A stretch of DNA of 64,000 nt from a virus, in IMG/VR virus record IMGVR_UViG_3300042934_000727, positions 6,185 through 70,184 of that record; one strand, 5' to 3'. A program made the position numbers and the translations under genes. Below, in pieces: positions 18,379 through 28,311 of this stretch (the first letter of the stretch is position 1; every line of letters begins with the position of its first letter). A model generated the notes under the pieces. That model had not been told where the DNA came from. It saw only the letters and a list, made by a program, of their open reading frames with translations, and did not search any database.

Positions 18379-20427
18379 CCGCCGCATCCGCCGACGCGAA
18401 GCTCGTCGCGCGTGCCCTCAACAACCTCGCCACCGCCCAGCAGGAGGTCGCGAAGCAGGCCCGCGCCGCCAACCTGCTGAACCTCGCCCGGTTCGACTAC
18501 GCCGACCGCGAGGGCCGCGCCCTCTACCTCCCCGTGCCCGTCGCCGGCGTGCACCTCGACGCCGCCACACTCCTCCTCACCGAAGGGAACACTCCCGCAT
18601 GAACCCCACCATCGACCCCGCGGTGATCGCCGTCATCGACGCCGCCATCGAAGGCCTGCGCACCACCGAAGCGAACTTCGCCGCCCAGGTGACCAGCCTC
18701 GACAACGCGCTCGACGATGCCCGCTCGCAGGGCACCCAGGCCACGGCCGACCGCGAGGAGCTCGAGGCCGCCCGCGACGCGCTTTACGCCGCGCTCGGCT
18801 ACGTCCCGCCGGCGCCCGAGCCGGAGCCCACCCCCGAGGAGTCGCCCGACTACGACGAGTCGCAGCCGTGACCTCCCGCCGCCGGCGCCAGACCCGAGCC
18901 CTCGCCGCCCCGTTCACCGGAACCGACCCGTCCGTGCACAACTTCCGCGTCGCCGTGCGCAAGGCCCGCCGGAAGGCGGAGCTGGCGCGCATCGAGCGCA
19001 TGCGCCTCTCGGCACTGCGGGGCCTGCACGCGTTCACGAAGCTGCAAGAGGCATTCCGGGCCGCCGGCGGAGCGTTCGCAGCGTTCCAGGGCTCGGTCGG
19101 TCGCAGCTTCGCCCAGCAGATCGAGGCCCGCAGCGACCACGAACGTCGCCTCGCCATCGTCGACGAGTCCCCAGGCGTCCGCGACGAGATCATGCTCGCC
19201 CTGAAGGCGCGCTACGGCGCCGGGCTCACGGTCGTGCACCCCACCCGCCCGATGACCACCCTCCACAACGCCTGACCACCCCAGCTAGTCCAGAGAGAGG
19301 AAATAGCTAGCAATGAGCGTCACCCCGTACACACCCCGAACGCCGCTGCAGACGGAGATCTCGAGGCTCGGCGCCCGCGCCGCCTTCCAGATCGCATCCG
19401 CGAAGCGCGAGATCCGCGAGTCGAAGGACGAGACCTTCACGAACACCATCGAGATCGACGAGAACGGCAAGGAGGTCTGGCAGTGAGCCGCGACGCAGGC
19501 GACCTGATCGAGGACGCAGGCGAAGCGCTCTCCGGCATCGACGGGGACTACCTCGACGACCTCGAGGCGCACATCAGCGTCGCGCCGGCCGCCGACGACC
19601 CGAGCACGCTCGTCATCGAGATCACCTACGCGGACGGCCAGGCCGCGACGCTCGAGGCGAAGCTGACCGTGACGGAGGTGGCCCAGTGAGCGCCGTCAAC
19701 GTCACGGTCGAGGAGTTCCTCTGGGTCCGCGAGAAGGTCGCCCAGGCCCTCAAGGAGGACTCTTCCACCCAGGTGCCCACCCGAGTCCGCCAGGCCGAGA
19801 ACCTGATGCGTGACGGCTTCATCGACATGGCCGCCGTCCTCGAGCGCCGCAATCCCACCACCCCCGCCGAGCAGCCGGCGGATCCCACCGAAGGAGCCGC
19901 CGAGTGAGCGACCGCATCCACAAGTCCATCGCCCTCCCCCAGGGCTACAAGGCCCACCCGGCCACGATCGCGGCCGCCGTCGCCGCGGCGCTCACGGAGC
20001 TCGAGGACAAGGTGAAGGCCCGCGGTCTCCGCCCCGTCTGGGACACCGTCGAGATCTCCACCGAGACCGACATCATCGAGAACCGCACCCTCGGCGGCGA
20101 GACCGACGCCACCCACGTCACCACCGGCGAGGTCTCCGTGCTCGCCGTCGACCCCCAGGAGGTCCAGGCATGACCATGCTCGACAGCGAGACCATCAACG
20201 TCCTCAACGCTCTCGAGGCCCTCGAAGCGACCGGCCCGGTGTGGCGCGTAACGCTCGAGGTGAGCGAGAAGGGTGACTTCAGCGACTCCGTCCGCTACGG
20301 CACCCAGTTCGCGCCCGAGTTCACGATCAACCCGTCCGAGATGGGCGCGATCATCGCCAACACCATCCATCAGCACGAGGGCTTCACCCTCCCGCCCCAG
20401 ACGCTCGCAAAGGAGCCCACCGCATGA
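18375..20427 (+). CDS. Run of small hypothetical genes (18375-18602, 18599-18871, 18868-19275, 19313-19486, 19483-19689, 19686-19907, 19904-20173, 20170-20427)
   Basis: Coupled start/stop overlaps and RBSs. Confidence 0.72.
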
Positions 20428-20981
20428 CCACCATCGACACCGACTACGAGTTCCAGGTCCTCAACTCCCTCCAGGTCGATGCGATCCGCTCGCTGCAGAA
20501 GCTCATCGGCGCCGGCAACGCCGAGAAGGGCTTCCACAACGAGGGGCGCGAGATCCTCGGGCTGCCGCAGTTCCTCTCGGGCGCACACCCCGAACCCGGG
20601 TTCTTCCATCGCCTGATCGCGAAGATCGTGAAGCTGGTCCCTGCGCTCGAGCGCAACTACTGGACCGCCCGTCTCTCCCTCATCACGACCGAGGTGGCCG
20701 AGGCGATCGAGGAGCTCCGCAACGGCCGTGGCGTCACCGAGACGTGGTTCTCTGCGAAGACCGCCATCGGCACGATCGCGTGGAACGCTGGCGAGGAGCC
20801 CAACCTCATCCTCCCGGAGGGCGTCATCGGCAAGCCCGAGGGCGTGCCCTCGGAGGTCGTCGACGTGGTCGTCCGCTCCTTCGACTTCGCCGAAGAGGCG
20901 CAGTTCGACCTGGCCGAGATTCTCGACCGGAAGCTCGCGTACAACGCCTCCCGCGGCAAGATGCACGGGCGGAAGTTCTGA
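20424..20981 (+). CDS. MazG-like nucleotide pyrophosphohydrolase
   Basis: EVAEAIEELR (ExxE), SEVVDVVVR (ExxD), KLAYNASR motifs. Confidence 0.8.
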   Translation: MTTIDTDYEFQVLNSLQVDAIRSLQKLIGAGNAEKGFHNEGREILGLPQFLSGAHPEPGFFHRLIAKIVKLVPALERNYWTARLSLITTEVAEAIEELRNGRGVTETWFSAKTAIGTIAWNAGEEPNLILPEGVIGKPEGVPSEVVDVVVRSFDFAEEAQFDLAEILDRKLAYNASRGKMHGRKF

Positions 20982-21196
20982 GCCCTCAGATCGCGGTCGG
21001 CCAGACCTGGCGCCGTAACCGCGACGGACGCCTCGCGAAGGTGGTCGGGATCACCGACAACGCGCGCGGAGATGTCCTCGCGCTCGCCTACCGTTACGTC
21101 GACGACAACGGCACCTTCACCTCGCCCCGCCGCGAGAACCTCCCGTACACCTTCACCCGCAGCTACACCCTCACCGACAAGGAGAACGCCACATGA
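20978..21196 (+). CDS. Hypothetical protein with probable CTG start
   Basis: Coding-like frame LSPQIAVGQTWRRNRDG...; CTGA overlap with MazG stop. Confidence 0.55.
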   Translation: MSPQIAVGQTWRRNRDGRLAKVVGITDNARGDVLALAYRYVDDNGTFTSPRRENLPYTFTRSYTLTDKENAT

Positions 21197-21822
21197 GGCG
21201 CATCACCAAGACCATCGCGGCCATCGCCGCCGCCGGCGCGCTCGTCCTCGGACTCGCCGCCTGTGACGGCGCCGCCCCGGCTCCCACCACGCGCGATTCG
21301 CAGCTCGCCGAGTCCGAAGCGAACTTCGAGTCCCGTCGCGCCCCCGACGTGACCGGCGACGCCGAGTACCAGAACTACATCAAGGCGCAGGAGGAGGTCT
21401 ACGACGACCCCGCCAGCATCATCTGGTGCACCGCCGCCTTCCCGAGCGCCGCAGCCCCGATCTTCACGGTCCCGATCGCCGGCAAGCTCACCTCCAGCTC
21501 CGTCTCGTTCTACCCGAACCAGACGCTCGAGCGCGCCGACCTGGGCGAGTACAACGGCGACATCCTCGTCGAGGCCCAGTCCGTCGACGGCATGTACCAC
21601 GGCAGCCCCGGCCCCTACCGCTACGGCTTCACGCCGGGCGGCCAGTACGTCGACTTCACTGGCCTCTCGACCTTCTGCACCACCGCTCTCACCGAGTTCC
21701 AGCGCCAGACGCTCGAGGTGTCGGCGGCCGCGGACAACGGCGTCACCGACCAGGCCGAAGAGGCGCTGCGCAACGGCGACCCGACCAAGGCGCAGGAGAT
21801 CACCGATGGCGCTGCTGGATAA
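21193..21822 (+). CDS. Lipoprotein
   Basis: Signal peptide with lipobox LAAC. Confidence 0.8.
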   Translation: MRRITKTIAAIAAAGALVLGLAACDGAAPAPTTRDSQLAESEANFESRRAPDVTGDAEYQNYIKAQEEVYDDPASIIWCTAAFPSAAAPIFTVPIAGKLTSSSVSFYPNQTLERADLGEYNGDILVEAQSVDGMYHGSPGPYRYGFTPGGQYVDFTGLSTFCTTALTEFQRQTLEVSAAADNGVTDQAEEALRNGDPTKAQEITDGAAG

Positions 21823-22288
21823 CCCGCAGGGGCCCCGGGGTCGCCGTACCGGCCCCGGGCTCCTGCTCGCCCTCCTCGCCGCGATCTTCGTCGTCGTCGT
21901 TCTGGTCTCCGGCTGCTCCACCGCGGCGGGGTACGTCCAGAAGGGGCAGGACATCATCTCGGCCGACAACCTCGAGGAGCAGCACGACCGCGTCATCCGC
22001 GAGTGGCGCTCGCTCACCACCGCGGCCGACAACGCCTGCGCCGCCCAGGCGGAGCAGGATCGCGACCCGAACGCCCCGGTCCTCGTCGAGGGCCCCGCAC
22101 TCGCCTACGCCGCCACCTACCGGACGGTCTGGGCCGAGTACAACGCCCGCACGGAGAACATCTTCGAGGCCGGATTCGTCGGACCCCTCGGCTACCCGAA
22201 GGACATCCCGAACTTCGTCACCGGCCCCACCCCCGACTTCTGCCAGGTGAGCGTCAAGCTCGCCGAGCTGAAGGCCGCCGCAGAGTAA
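21806..22288 (+). CDS. Membrane-anchored protein or lipoprotein
   Basis: N-terminal TM ending in VSGC. Confidence 0.75.
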   Translation: MALLDNPQGPRGRRTGPGLLLALLAAIFVVVVLVSGCSTAAGYVQKGQDIISADNLEEQHDRVIREWRSLTTAADNACAAQAEQDRDPNAPVLVEGPALAYAATYRTVWAEYNARTENIFEAGFVGPLGYPKDIPNFVTGPTPDFCQVSVKLAELKAAAE

Positions 22289-22301
22289 GGAGCACCACCT
22301 C

Positions 22302-23332
22302 ATGAACACCAACCTCCCCCAGGCCTCCGCGGACGCAGCGATGCGCTTCGCCGCCGCGGCCCGAGACCTGAACAGCCTCGCCGAAGAGTTCGAGACGGCC
22401 GTCGCGGCCGCCCGCGAAGGCATCCGCCCCGTGCTGGACGCCCTGCAGCTCCTCGCCCCGATCGACCTGAACGGCGGTATCTGAGATGTCGGCGCGCGTC
22501 AGCTTCGAGCACAACACCTCCGGCGCCCGCGTGGAAGGCGAGTACATCGCCGACACCGGCATCGCCTGGATGGTGAAGGCCGGCAACCTCCCGGTCCTGG
22601 TCCTCTCGCAGGACGAGTGGTCCTCGGTGCCGGCGCGCGCCGACTCGCCCCTCGGCGGCAGCCTCCGCGACTACCTGAGGGGGTTCTGATGACCGAAGCG
22701 ACCATCGAGGAAGCGGAGGCGGCCCTGGCCGCCCCGCAGGGCCCCTTCATCCGCATCACCGTCGAGATCCAGGAGCCGCTCGCGCCCGACGCCGGCCCGA
22801 AAGAGCCCGTCGACGCCCCGCGGTACACCCACGCCGAGTTCCTGCCCGCGGGCTTCCCGGTCGTGGGCTCCCTCGACCCCGCGGTCAACGTGCACGCCGC
22901 GTCCGTCATGGTGGCCGCTGTCGCCGCCCGACTGTTCGTCCAGCACTTCGCGGAGGATCTCGCGTGACCGGCCAGCAGTGGGCGGTCGTCGTCCGCGACG
23001 CGCCGCTCGGCCTCGGCAACATCGTCCGCCTCGAGAAGGGCGTGCTGCACCGCGGGCCGCGCTTCACCGGCTGGTGGTGGCGCTCCAACGAGTTCAAGGC
23101 CCTCAGCAAGGGGTTCGACGAAGCGCACCGCGCAGAACAGGTAGCTAGCTAAATGGGCGTCTCCGACCCCTCGCTCATCTGGGCCGTCAACGACGCCCAG
23201 CCGAACACCGACGAAGAGATCAGCATCGTGCGGAGCCTCATCCGCCGGCTCTTCCCCTCCGAGGCTCCTTCAGACCAGACGGCCCGCGCCGAACTGGACG
23301 CCATGCTCTTCGGCCCGGTGGTGACCGCGTGA
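22302..23332 (+). CDS. Small hypothetical genes (22302-22484, 22486-22689, 22689-22967, 22964-23152, 23153-23332)
   Basis: Coupled ORFs; operator GTAGCTAGCTAA at 23141-23152 forms a stop codon. Confidence 0.7.
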
Positions 23333-24048
23333 CCCTCCCCGTCCTCGCCTTCGACACCGAAACGAACGGCATCGACACCGACACCGCTCGGATCGTCACC
23401 GCCTACCTCGGCATCCTCAGCCCCGACGGTGTCATCGTCCGCGAACAGGAGTGGATGGTACGGCCCGATGGCTGGACGATCCCCGAGGAAGCGGCGGCAA
23501 TCCACGGCGTAAGCACCGAGGAAGCGCTGGCAAATGGCCGCCCCGCCGTGGAGGTCATCTCGGAGATCGCCGCGATCATCGCCGCCGAGTGCGGGCAGGG
23601 CCACCTGCCGCTCGTCGGCCAGAACCTCCAGTACGACCTGACCCTGCTCGATCGGGAGTTGCGTCGCCACGGTCTCGGCACGATCGAGGCCCTGCTGCAG
23701 GGCGTCGTCGTCCTCGACTCCCTCGTCCTCGACAAGGAGATCGACCGCTACCGCCGCGGCAAGCGGATCCTGACCAGCATGGCAGAGCACTACGGCGTCA
23801 CCCTGACGGAGGACGAGGCGCATGGCGCCCGCGCCGACGCGGTGGCCGCCGGCCGCATCATCCAGGCCATGACCCGTCACCCGAAGGGCGCGGTGCTCCG
23901 CAAGGTACCCCTCCCCGTCATCCACCAGAAGCAGATCGCTTGGAAGGCCGAGCAGGCCGCCAGCCTTCAGCAGTACTTCCGCACCAAGGGCGGCGAGCCT
24001 GACGCCGTCGTCCGAGGCGAGTGGCCCTTCATCCCGGCCGCCGCCTGA
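23329..24048 (+). CDS. DnaQ-like DEDDh 3'-5' exonuclease
   Basis: FDTETNG (ExoI), QNLQYDL (ExoII), AHGARAD (ExoIII). Confidence 0.9.
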   Translation: MTLPVLAFDTETNGIDTDTARIVTAYLGILSPDGVIVREQEWMVRPDGWTIPEEAAAIHGVSTEEALANGRPAVEVISEIAAIIAAECGQGHLPLVGQNLQYDLTLLDRELRRHGLGTIEALLQGVVVLDSLVLDKEIDRYRRGKRILTSMAEHYGVTLTEDEAHGARADAVAAGRIIQAMTRHPKGAVLRKVPLPVIHQKQIAWKAEQAASLQQYFRTKGGEPDAVVRGEWPFIPAAA

Positions 24049-24072
24049 CCAGCCCATCGAGAGAGGAACACC

Positions 24073-24396
24073 ATGACCACCGAGAACACCCCCAAGCCCA
24101 CCCTGCCCGCCAGCGCCACGCCCCCGGCCCCCGCGCCGCAGCCCCAGTCGCAGCCCGAGGGCAAGACCGCCCTGCTCGACAAGGAGCTCGAGGCCCTCAT
24201 CGCCGAGGAGAAGTCCCGCTGGTCCGTCGACGACGCCGTGCGCGCGCTGCTCCAGGCCCTCGAGCTGGACGAGACCAGCGTGAGGGCTCTCGACATCCGC
24301 TCGAACGGGATCGTCCGCATCATCGGCACCGACAACTCCGGGCGTACCGCGCGGTTCACCGCGCTCGAGCGCACGAAGCCGGAGGTGGTGCGATGA
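24073..24396 (+). CDS. Hypothetical protein
   Basis: GAGAGGA RBS, ATG. Confidence 0.7.
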   Translation: MTTENTPKPTLPASATPPAPAPQPQSQPEGKTALLDKELEALIAEEKSRWSVDDAVRALLQALELDETSVRALDIRSNGIVRIIGTDNSGRTARFTALERTKPEVVR

Positions 24397-24953
24397 GCGG
24401 CATCCGCATCCTCGTCGATCTGGACGGGGTTCTCGCCAGCTGGCACGGGGGCGTCTCCGAGCGCCTCGAGACGCAAGGCTTCGACGTGTCGACGCTCAAC
24501 CACTCGCTCTGGGATCTCGGGATCGACGACGCCGCGCGCGATCGCATCAAGTCGGTCCACGCCCAGCCGGGCTTCTACCGCCACCTCCAGCCGATCCCCG
24601 GCGGTATCGAGGTGGTGCGAGAGCTGGCCCGCCAGGGCCACCAGGTCCGCATCTGCAGCTCCCCGGACTCGACCAACCCGACCTGCGCGTCCGACAAGAT
24701 CGCGTGGGTCCGCGAGCACCTGGGCCCGGAGTGGGTGAAGCGGCTCATCCTGACCGATGACAAGACCGTCGTCCGCGGGGACGTGCTCATCGACGACAAG
24801 CCGCTCATCACCGGCGACGAGAACCCGGAGTGGAAGCACATCATCTTCACCCAGCCCTACAACGCCGGCGTGCACGACAACCGCGCCCGCCTCAACGAGT
24901 GGACGCTGCAGAGCACCATCCTCGCGATCCACGAGGCGGTGGTCCGCGGATGA
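24393..24953 (+). CDS. 5'(3')-deoxyribonucleotidase (NT5C-like HAD)
   Basis: VDLDGVL, DKIAWVREHLG, GDVLIDDKP, IFTQPYN. Confidence 0.88.
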   Translation: MSGIRILVDLDGVLASWHGGVSERLETQGFDVSTLNHSLWDLGIDDAARDRIKSVHAQPGFYRHLQPIPGGIEVVRELARQGHQVRICSSPDSTNPTCASDKIAWVREHLGPEWVKRLILTDDKTVVRGDVLIDDKPLITGDENPEWKHIIFTQPYNAGVHDNRARLNEWTLQSTILAIHEAVVRG

Positions 24954-25558
24954 GCGCCCCCATGTTCATCGGCCTGGGCGGCAAGCTCCGCTCCGGCAAG
25001 GACGCGGTCGCCGATCACCTCGTCGACCGGCACGACTTCGTGAAGATGGGAATGAGCGACCCGCTGCTCGAGCACGCGCTCATCCTCAACCCGTACGTCC
25101 CGATCAACACCCGTCCGAACGGCCTCGTCGGCGAGGAGGGGCTCTTCGTCCACCTGTCTGACCTGGTCGCTCAGGTCGGCTACGTGGAGGCCAAGAAGAA
25201 CCCCGAGGTTCGGCGCTTCATGCAAGCCGACGGCACCGACGGCGGCCGCGAGTTTCACCACGAGGACGTGTGGGTCGATCGCATGGTGAAGACCGCGAAG
25301 GCGCATCTCGACGCCGGCAAGAGCATCGTCGTCACCGGGCTCCGCTTCCCGAACGAGCTGCAGGCCGTCCAGCAGCTCGGCGGCCACACCTTCTGGGTGG
25401 ACCGCCCCTCGGAGGTAGACTCCGCAGCCCCGGCCGCGGCGCACGCCAGTGAGAACAGCGTCGACGCGTCCATGTTCGACCGCACCATCCTGAACGACGG
25501 CACGCTGGAGGATCTCTACGCCACCGTCGACAACCTCGTGAAGGACTACCAGCTGTGA
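24950..25558 (+). CDS. Deoxynucleoside monophosphate kinase
   Basis: GLGGKLRSGKD P-loop, RRFMQADGTD, LRFPNE, HASE, ILNDGTLEDL. Confidence 0.88.
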   Translation: MSAPMFIGLGGKLRSGKDAVADHLVDRHDFVKMGMSDPLLEHALILNPYVPINTRPNGLVGEEGLFVHLSDLVAQVGYVEAKKNPEVRRFMQADGTDGGREFHHEDVWVDRMVKTAKAHLDAGKSIVVTGLRFPNELQAVQQLGGHTFWVDRPSEVDSAAPAAAHASENSVDASMFDRTILNDGTLEDLYATVDNLVKDYQL

Positions 25559-25749
25559 TTTCGATCCGGGACACCGGCACTCATTCCGACGGGCTCACGC
25601 CCACCATCGCCGTCTCCGGCGGCCGAGGCAACACGGATCGCCCCGAGGTGAACATCATCTTCCGGGAGACCGACGGCGCAAGCACCCGCACCCTCCAGGG
25701 CTGGTTCGACCGCGACGACCTGATCGCCGCGATCGAGGCGGCCGCGTGA
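25555..25749 (+). CDS. Hypothetical protein
   Basis: Coupled ORF. Confidence 0.65.
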   Translation: MISIRDTGTHSDGLTPTIAVSGGRGNTDRPEVNIIFRETDGASTRTLQGWFDRDDLIAAIEAAA

Positions 25750-26033
25750 GCACCCTCCACATCTACTCCACCGACCCCTGCACGCGCTGCGTCTTCGTGA
25801 AGCGCTGGCTCGACGCCCGCAGCATCCCGTACACCGAGACGAACATGGCCCACCTCCCGGCGGCCGAGGCCGACGAGATCCGCGCCGCCCTCGCGAAGGA
25901 CGGATACATGGGCGCCCCTACGGTGTACTTCACCGACGACGACGCCGACTTCCGCCTCTCCTTCACTGGCGCCGACATGACGAAGCTCGAAGAGATCGAG
26001 GCGCACCTGAACGCGCAGGCGGTCACGGCATGA
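25746..26033 (+). CDS. NrdH-like glutaredoxin
   Basis: YSTDPCTRC CxxC and GYMGAPTV cis-Pro motif. Confidence 0.85.
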   Translation: MSTLHIYSTDPCTRCVFVKRWLDARSIPYTETNMAHLPAAEADEIRAALAKDGYMGAPTVYFTDDDADFRLSFTGADMTKLEEIEAHLNAQAVTA

Positions 26034-26293
26034 GCGCGAAGGCAGCGCCCGTGCTGCAGCATCGGCTCGCAGTGAGCCGCCGCGCTCTCCGCGTCGCGCA
26101 CGGCCAGTACATTTTCGAGCCGGCGCGCGCCGAGCACCTCCCGGAGGTCCCGCCGTCGTTCAAGCCGGAGACGGGGACGTACCGCGAAGTTGCTTCGGCA
26201 GCTAGCAAACTCAACGCCGCGCAGGAGCGCAGCTCCTTCCTGGACTACCTGTACTGGCCGGAGCCGGTGAAGGAGGTGGAGCATGCCGTATAA
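26030..26293 (+). CDS. Hypothetical protein
   Basis: Coupled ORF; contains operator variant GCAGCTAGCAAA at 26198-26209. Confidence 0.6.
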   Translation: MSAKAAPVLQHRLAVSRRALRVAHGQYIFEPARAEHLPEVPPSFKPETGTYREVASAASKLNAAQERSSFLDYLYWPEPVKEVEHAV

Positions 26294-26432
26294 CGCCGGC
26301 GACAGGGTGATGCTGGACCGCAGCCTTGAGGTCCGATTCGTCCGCGCTCTCGACTCTGATCGGGCGGTCATCGAGATGGCGGGAGCGACTCAGGTGGTTC
26401 CACTACAGGCTCTATCGACAGACGAAGCGTAA
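26283..26432 (+). CDS. 49-aa hypothetical protein
   Basis: GGAGG RBS; MPYNAGDRVMLDRSLEVRFVRALDSDRAVIEMAGATQVVPLQALSTDEA. Confidence 0.55.
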   Translation: MPYNAGDRVMLDRSLEVRFVRALDSDRAVIEMAGATQVVPLQALSTDEA

Positions 26433-26460
26433 GGGGCCCCGCCGACACGGCGGGGCTCTT
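26432..26460. terminator. Hairpin between convergent genes
   Basis: ggggccccgcc-gacac-ggcggggctct. Confidence 0.65.
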
Positions 26461-26464
26461 CCCT

Positions 26465-26662
26465 TTACCCGATGGGCACGGGCTGGCTGGTGGGCATCAT
26501 GACGAGCTTCACCGTGTCTCCCAGCTCCTTCGACATCGCGTGCATGAACAGGCTGCGGTCGAATTCGTAGCTGAACCCCTTGCCCCAGATGAAGACACTG
26601 CTGTCTGTCGCCTGAATCTGGACACTCCGCGCGCCGTCCATGTCTTTGAGCCTCTGTGGCAT
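26465..26662 (-). CDS. Small hypothetical protein divergent from DGQHR gene
   Basis: AGGGGAA RBS; lone reverse gene in a rightward region. Confidence 0.65.
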   Translation of the reverse strand: MPQRLKDMDGARSVQIQATDSSVFIWGKGFSYEFDRSLFMHAMSKELGDTVKLVMMPTSQPVPIG

Positions 26663-26779
26663 ATCGTTCCCCTGTCTGATTTGTGGTTGAGGCCACTTTT
26701 CGTATGAGCGTAAGCTATCGCCCGACCAGAGTTAACCATCATGCTCTGACACTCGAACAAAAATACGAACGGAGCTGTC

Positions 26780-28195
26780 ATGACAGCTGTCCAGGAGAAG
26801 TCGGGGCGCACCCTCTCTGCCCCCGCCTTCAGCACCGACAAGGAGTTGTTCGCCACCCGCTACAAGCAGGGCGGCCGAACCGTCTATGGGGTCGCACTCA
26901 CCCCTGCGCAGATCACGTCAGTCGTGAAACGGCCCGACCCGCTCGCGACCAACCCCGGCAACCGGCGCATCCGGCTTGACCACGCCCAGGCTTTTGCGCG
27001 CTATTTCATCGAGCACGAAGAGTGGGTCGTCCCGGGAATCATCCTCCGGGCGCCGAACATCTTCAGCTTTGAGCAAGAGGCCGACGGGGCGAACCTGCAG
27101 ATCGGCACCGTCCGATACCCCGAGCGCAACCAGGGCGACATCCAGATACTCGACGGCCAGCACCGAATCCTCGGCTTCCACCTGGCGCTCGAGATCGTCG
27201 ATGCGCAGATGGAGAAGGCGCGCAACGCCAAGGCGACCGCGCGCCGGGTGCAGGACGCGAACGCAGTGAAGGCCGCCGATCAAGAGATCACTCGCCTCGA
27301 CCGCGTGCGTGACCGCCTTGCGAGCGAGCGCATCGCCGTGGAGATCCAGGTGACCGACGACCTGTCGGCCTACCGCCAGATGTTCTTCGATATCGCGGAG
27401 AACGCGCTCGGCATCACTGCCTCCGTCAAGGCGCGCTTCGACAGTCGCAAGGTCGTCAACCGAGCCCTCCCAGAGGTGCTCGTGCACCCGCTGCTCGCGA
27501 CCCGCGTGGATCTTGAGGCCGACCGGATCCCCGCGTCGAGCCCGAACCTACTCACCGCGCGGCACATCATGGAGACGCTGCGCGTGCTGACCGTTGGCTA
27601 CGACGGCCGCGTGAGCAAGCGACTCGACAAGGAGCTCGACGAGAAGGTCATCGCCCGCTCCGGCATCGACTTCTTCGACGCGCTGCTCGAGGCGTTCCCG
27701 GTCATGCAGACGCTCAACAACGGCCAGATCACGCCCGAGATGATCCGCAAGACCTCCATGCTCGGCTCCGCCGCCTTCATCCGCGTCCTGGCCGGCGCCT
27801 ACTACGAGCTGATTCAGAACCACGCGTGGAGCCGCAGCGCGGTCATCGAGTACTTCTCGCGCCTCGCCAAGCACACCAACGCACCGGCGCACCTGAACTC
27901 GATCTGGAAGCTGCACGCGGCGCCCGAGGCGTTCCACGCGGACGCCTTCGGCCCGAACCAGCGTCGCCAGGACGCGAAGGGGCTCGTGCTCTCGATCGTC
28001 GACTGGGGCGTGATGAAGGAGGCCTTCGTCGACGCCGAGCCGCAGCCGGCGCCGGTCATGGAGGTGGACGAGGACGACGCGCTCGACTTCGCGCCCAGCC
28101 ACAACACGAAGAAGCTCGAGGCGGAACTACGCGCGGAGGACGCCGAGCTGGCCGAAGCTGGCAAGGCCCGCGCCCGCTCCGTGAAGAAGGGCTAG
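26780..28195 (+). CDS. DGQHR-domain (DndB-like, ParB/Srx-fold) protein
   Basis: GNRRIRLDHA, ILDGQHRILG, QMFFDIAEN motifs; acidic C-terminal tail. Confidence 0.85.
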   Translation: MTAVQEKSGRTLSAPAFSTDKELFATRYKQGGRTVYGVALTPAQITSVVKRPDPLATNPGNRRIRLDHAQAFARYFIEHEEWVVPGIILRAPNIFSFEQEADGANLQIGTVRYPERNQGDIQILDGQHRILGFHLALEIVDAQMEKARNAKATARRVQDANAVKAADQEITRLDRVRDRLASERIAVEIQVTDDLSAYRQMFFDIAENALGITASVKARFDSRKVVNRALPEVLVHPLLATRVDLEADRIPASSPNLLTARHIMETLRVLTVGYDGRVSKRLDKELDEKVIARSGIDFFDALLEAFPVMQTLNNGQITPEMIRKTSMLGSAAFIRVLAGAYYELIQNHAWSRSAVIEYFSRLAKHTNAPAHLNSIWKLHAAPEAFHADAFGPNQRRQDAKGLVLSIVDWGVMKEAFVDAEPQPAPVMEVDEDDALDFAPSHNTKKLEAELRAEDAELAEAGKARARSVKKG

Positions 28196-28203
28196 ACTCC
28201 GCG

Positions 28204-28286
28204 GCTGCAGAGGTCGCCAACCACGCAGCGCCGGCACGTCAAGCCGGCTGACGCCCCCTCGGGACTCATACCCCCGAGGGGGCGTC
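28204..28286 (+). ncRNA. Candidate small structured RNA (three consecutive hairpins)
   Basis: Follows TAGACTCCGC motif at 28193; stems GCTGC/GCAGC, GCCGGC/GCCGGC and 14-bp GACGCCCCCTCGGG/CCCGAGGGGGCGTC; no ORF. Confidence 0.35.
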
Positions 28287-28311
28287 GTCGTTGCACCTAG
28301 ACTCCGCGCCC

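Noticed and set aside
20424-26033. Modified-base (e.g. dZ or 7-deazaguanine) synthesis pathway
   Set aside because: MazG, nucleotidase and dNMP kinase are present, but no PurZ, Que/FolE or DpdA-like gene is recognisable in the window
26780-28195. Functional phosphorothioation (dnd) operon
   Set aside because: Only the DndB-like gene is present
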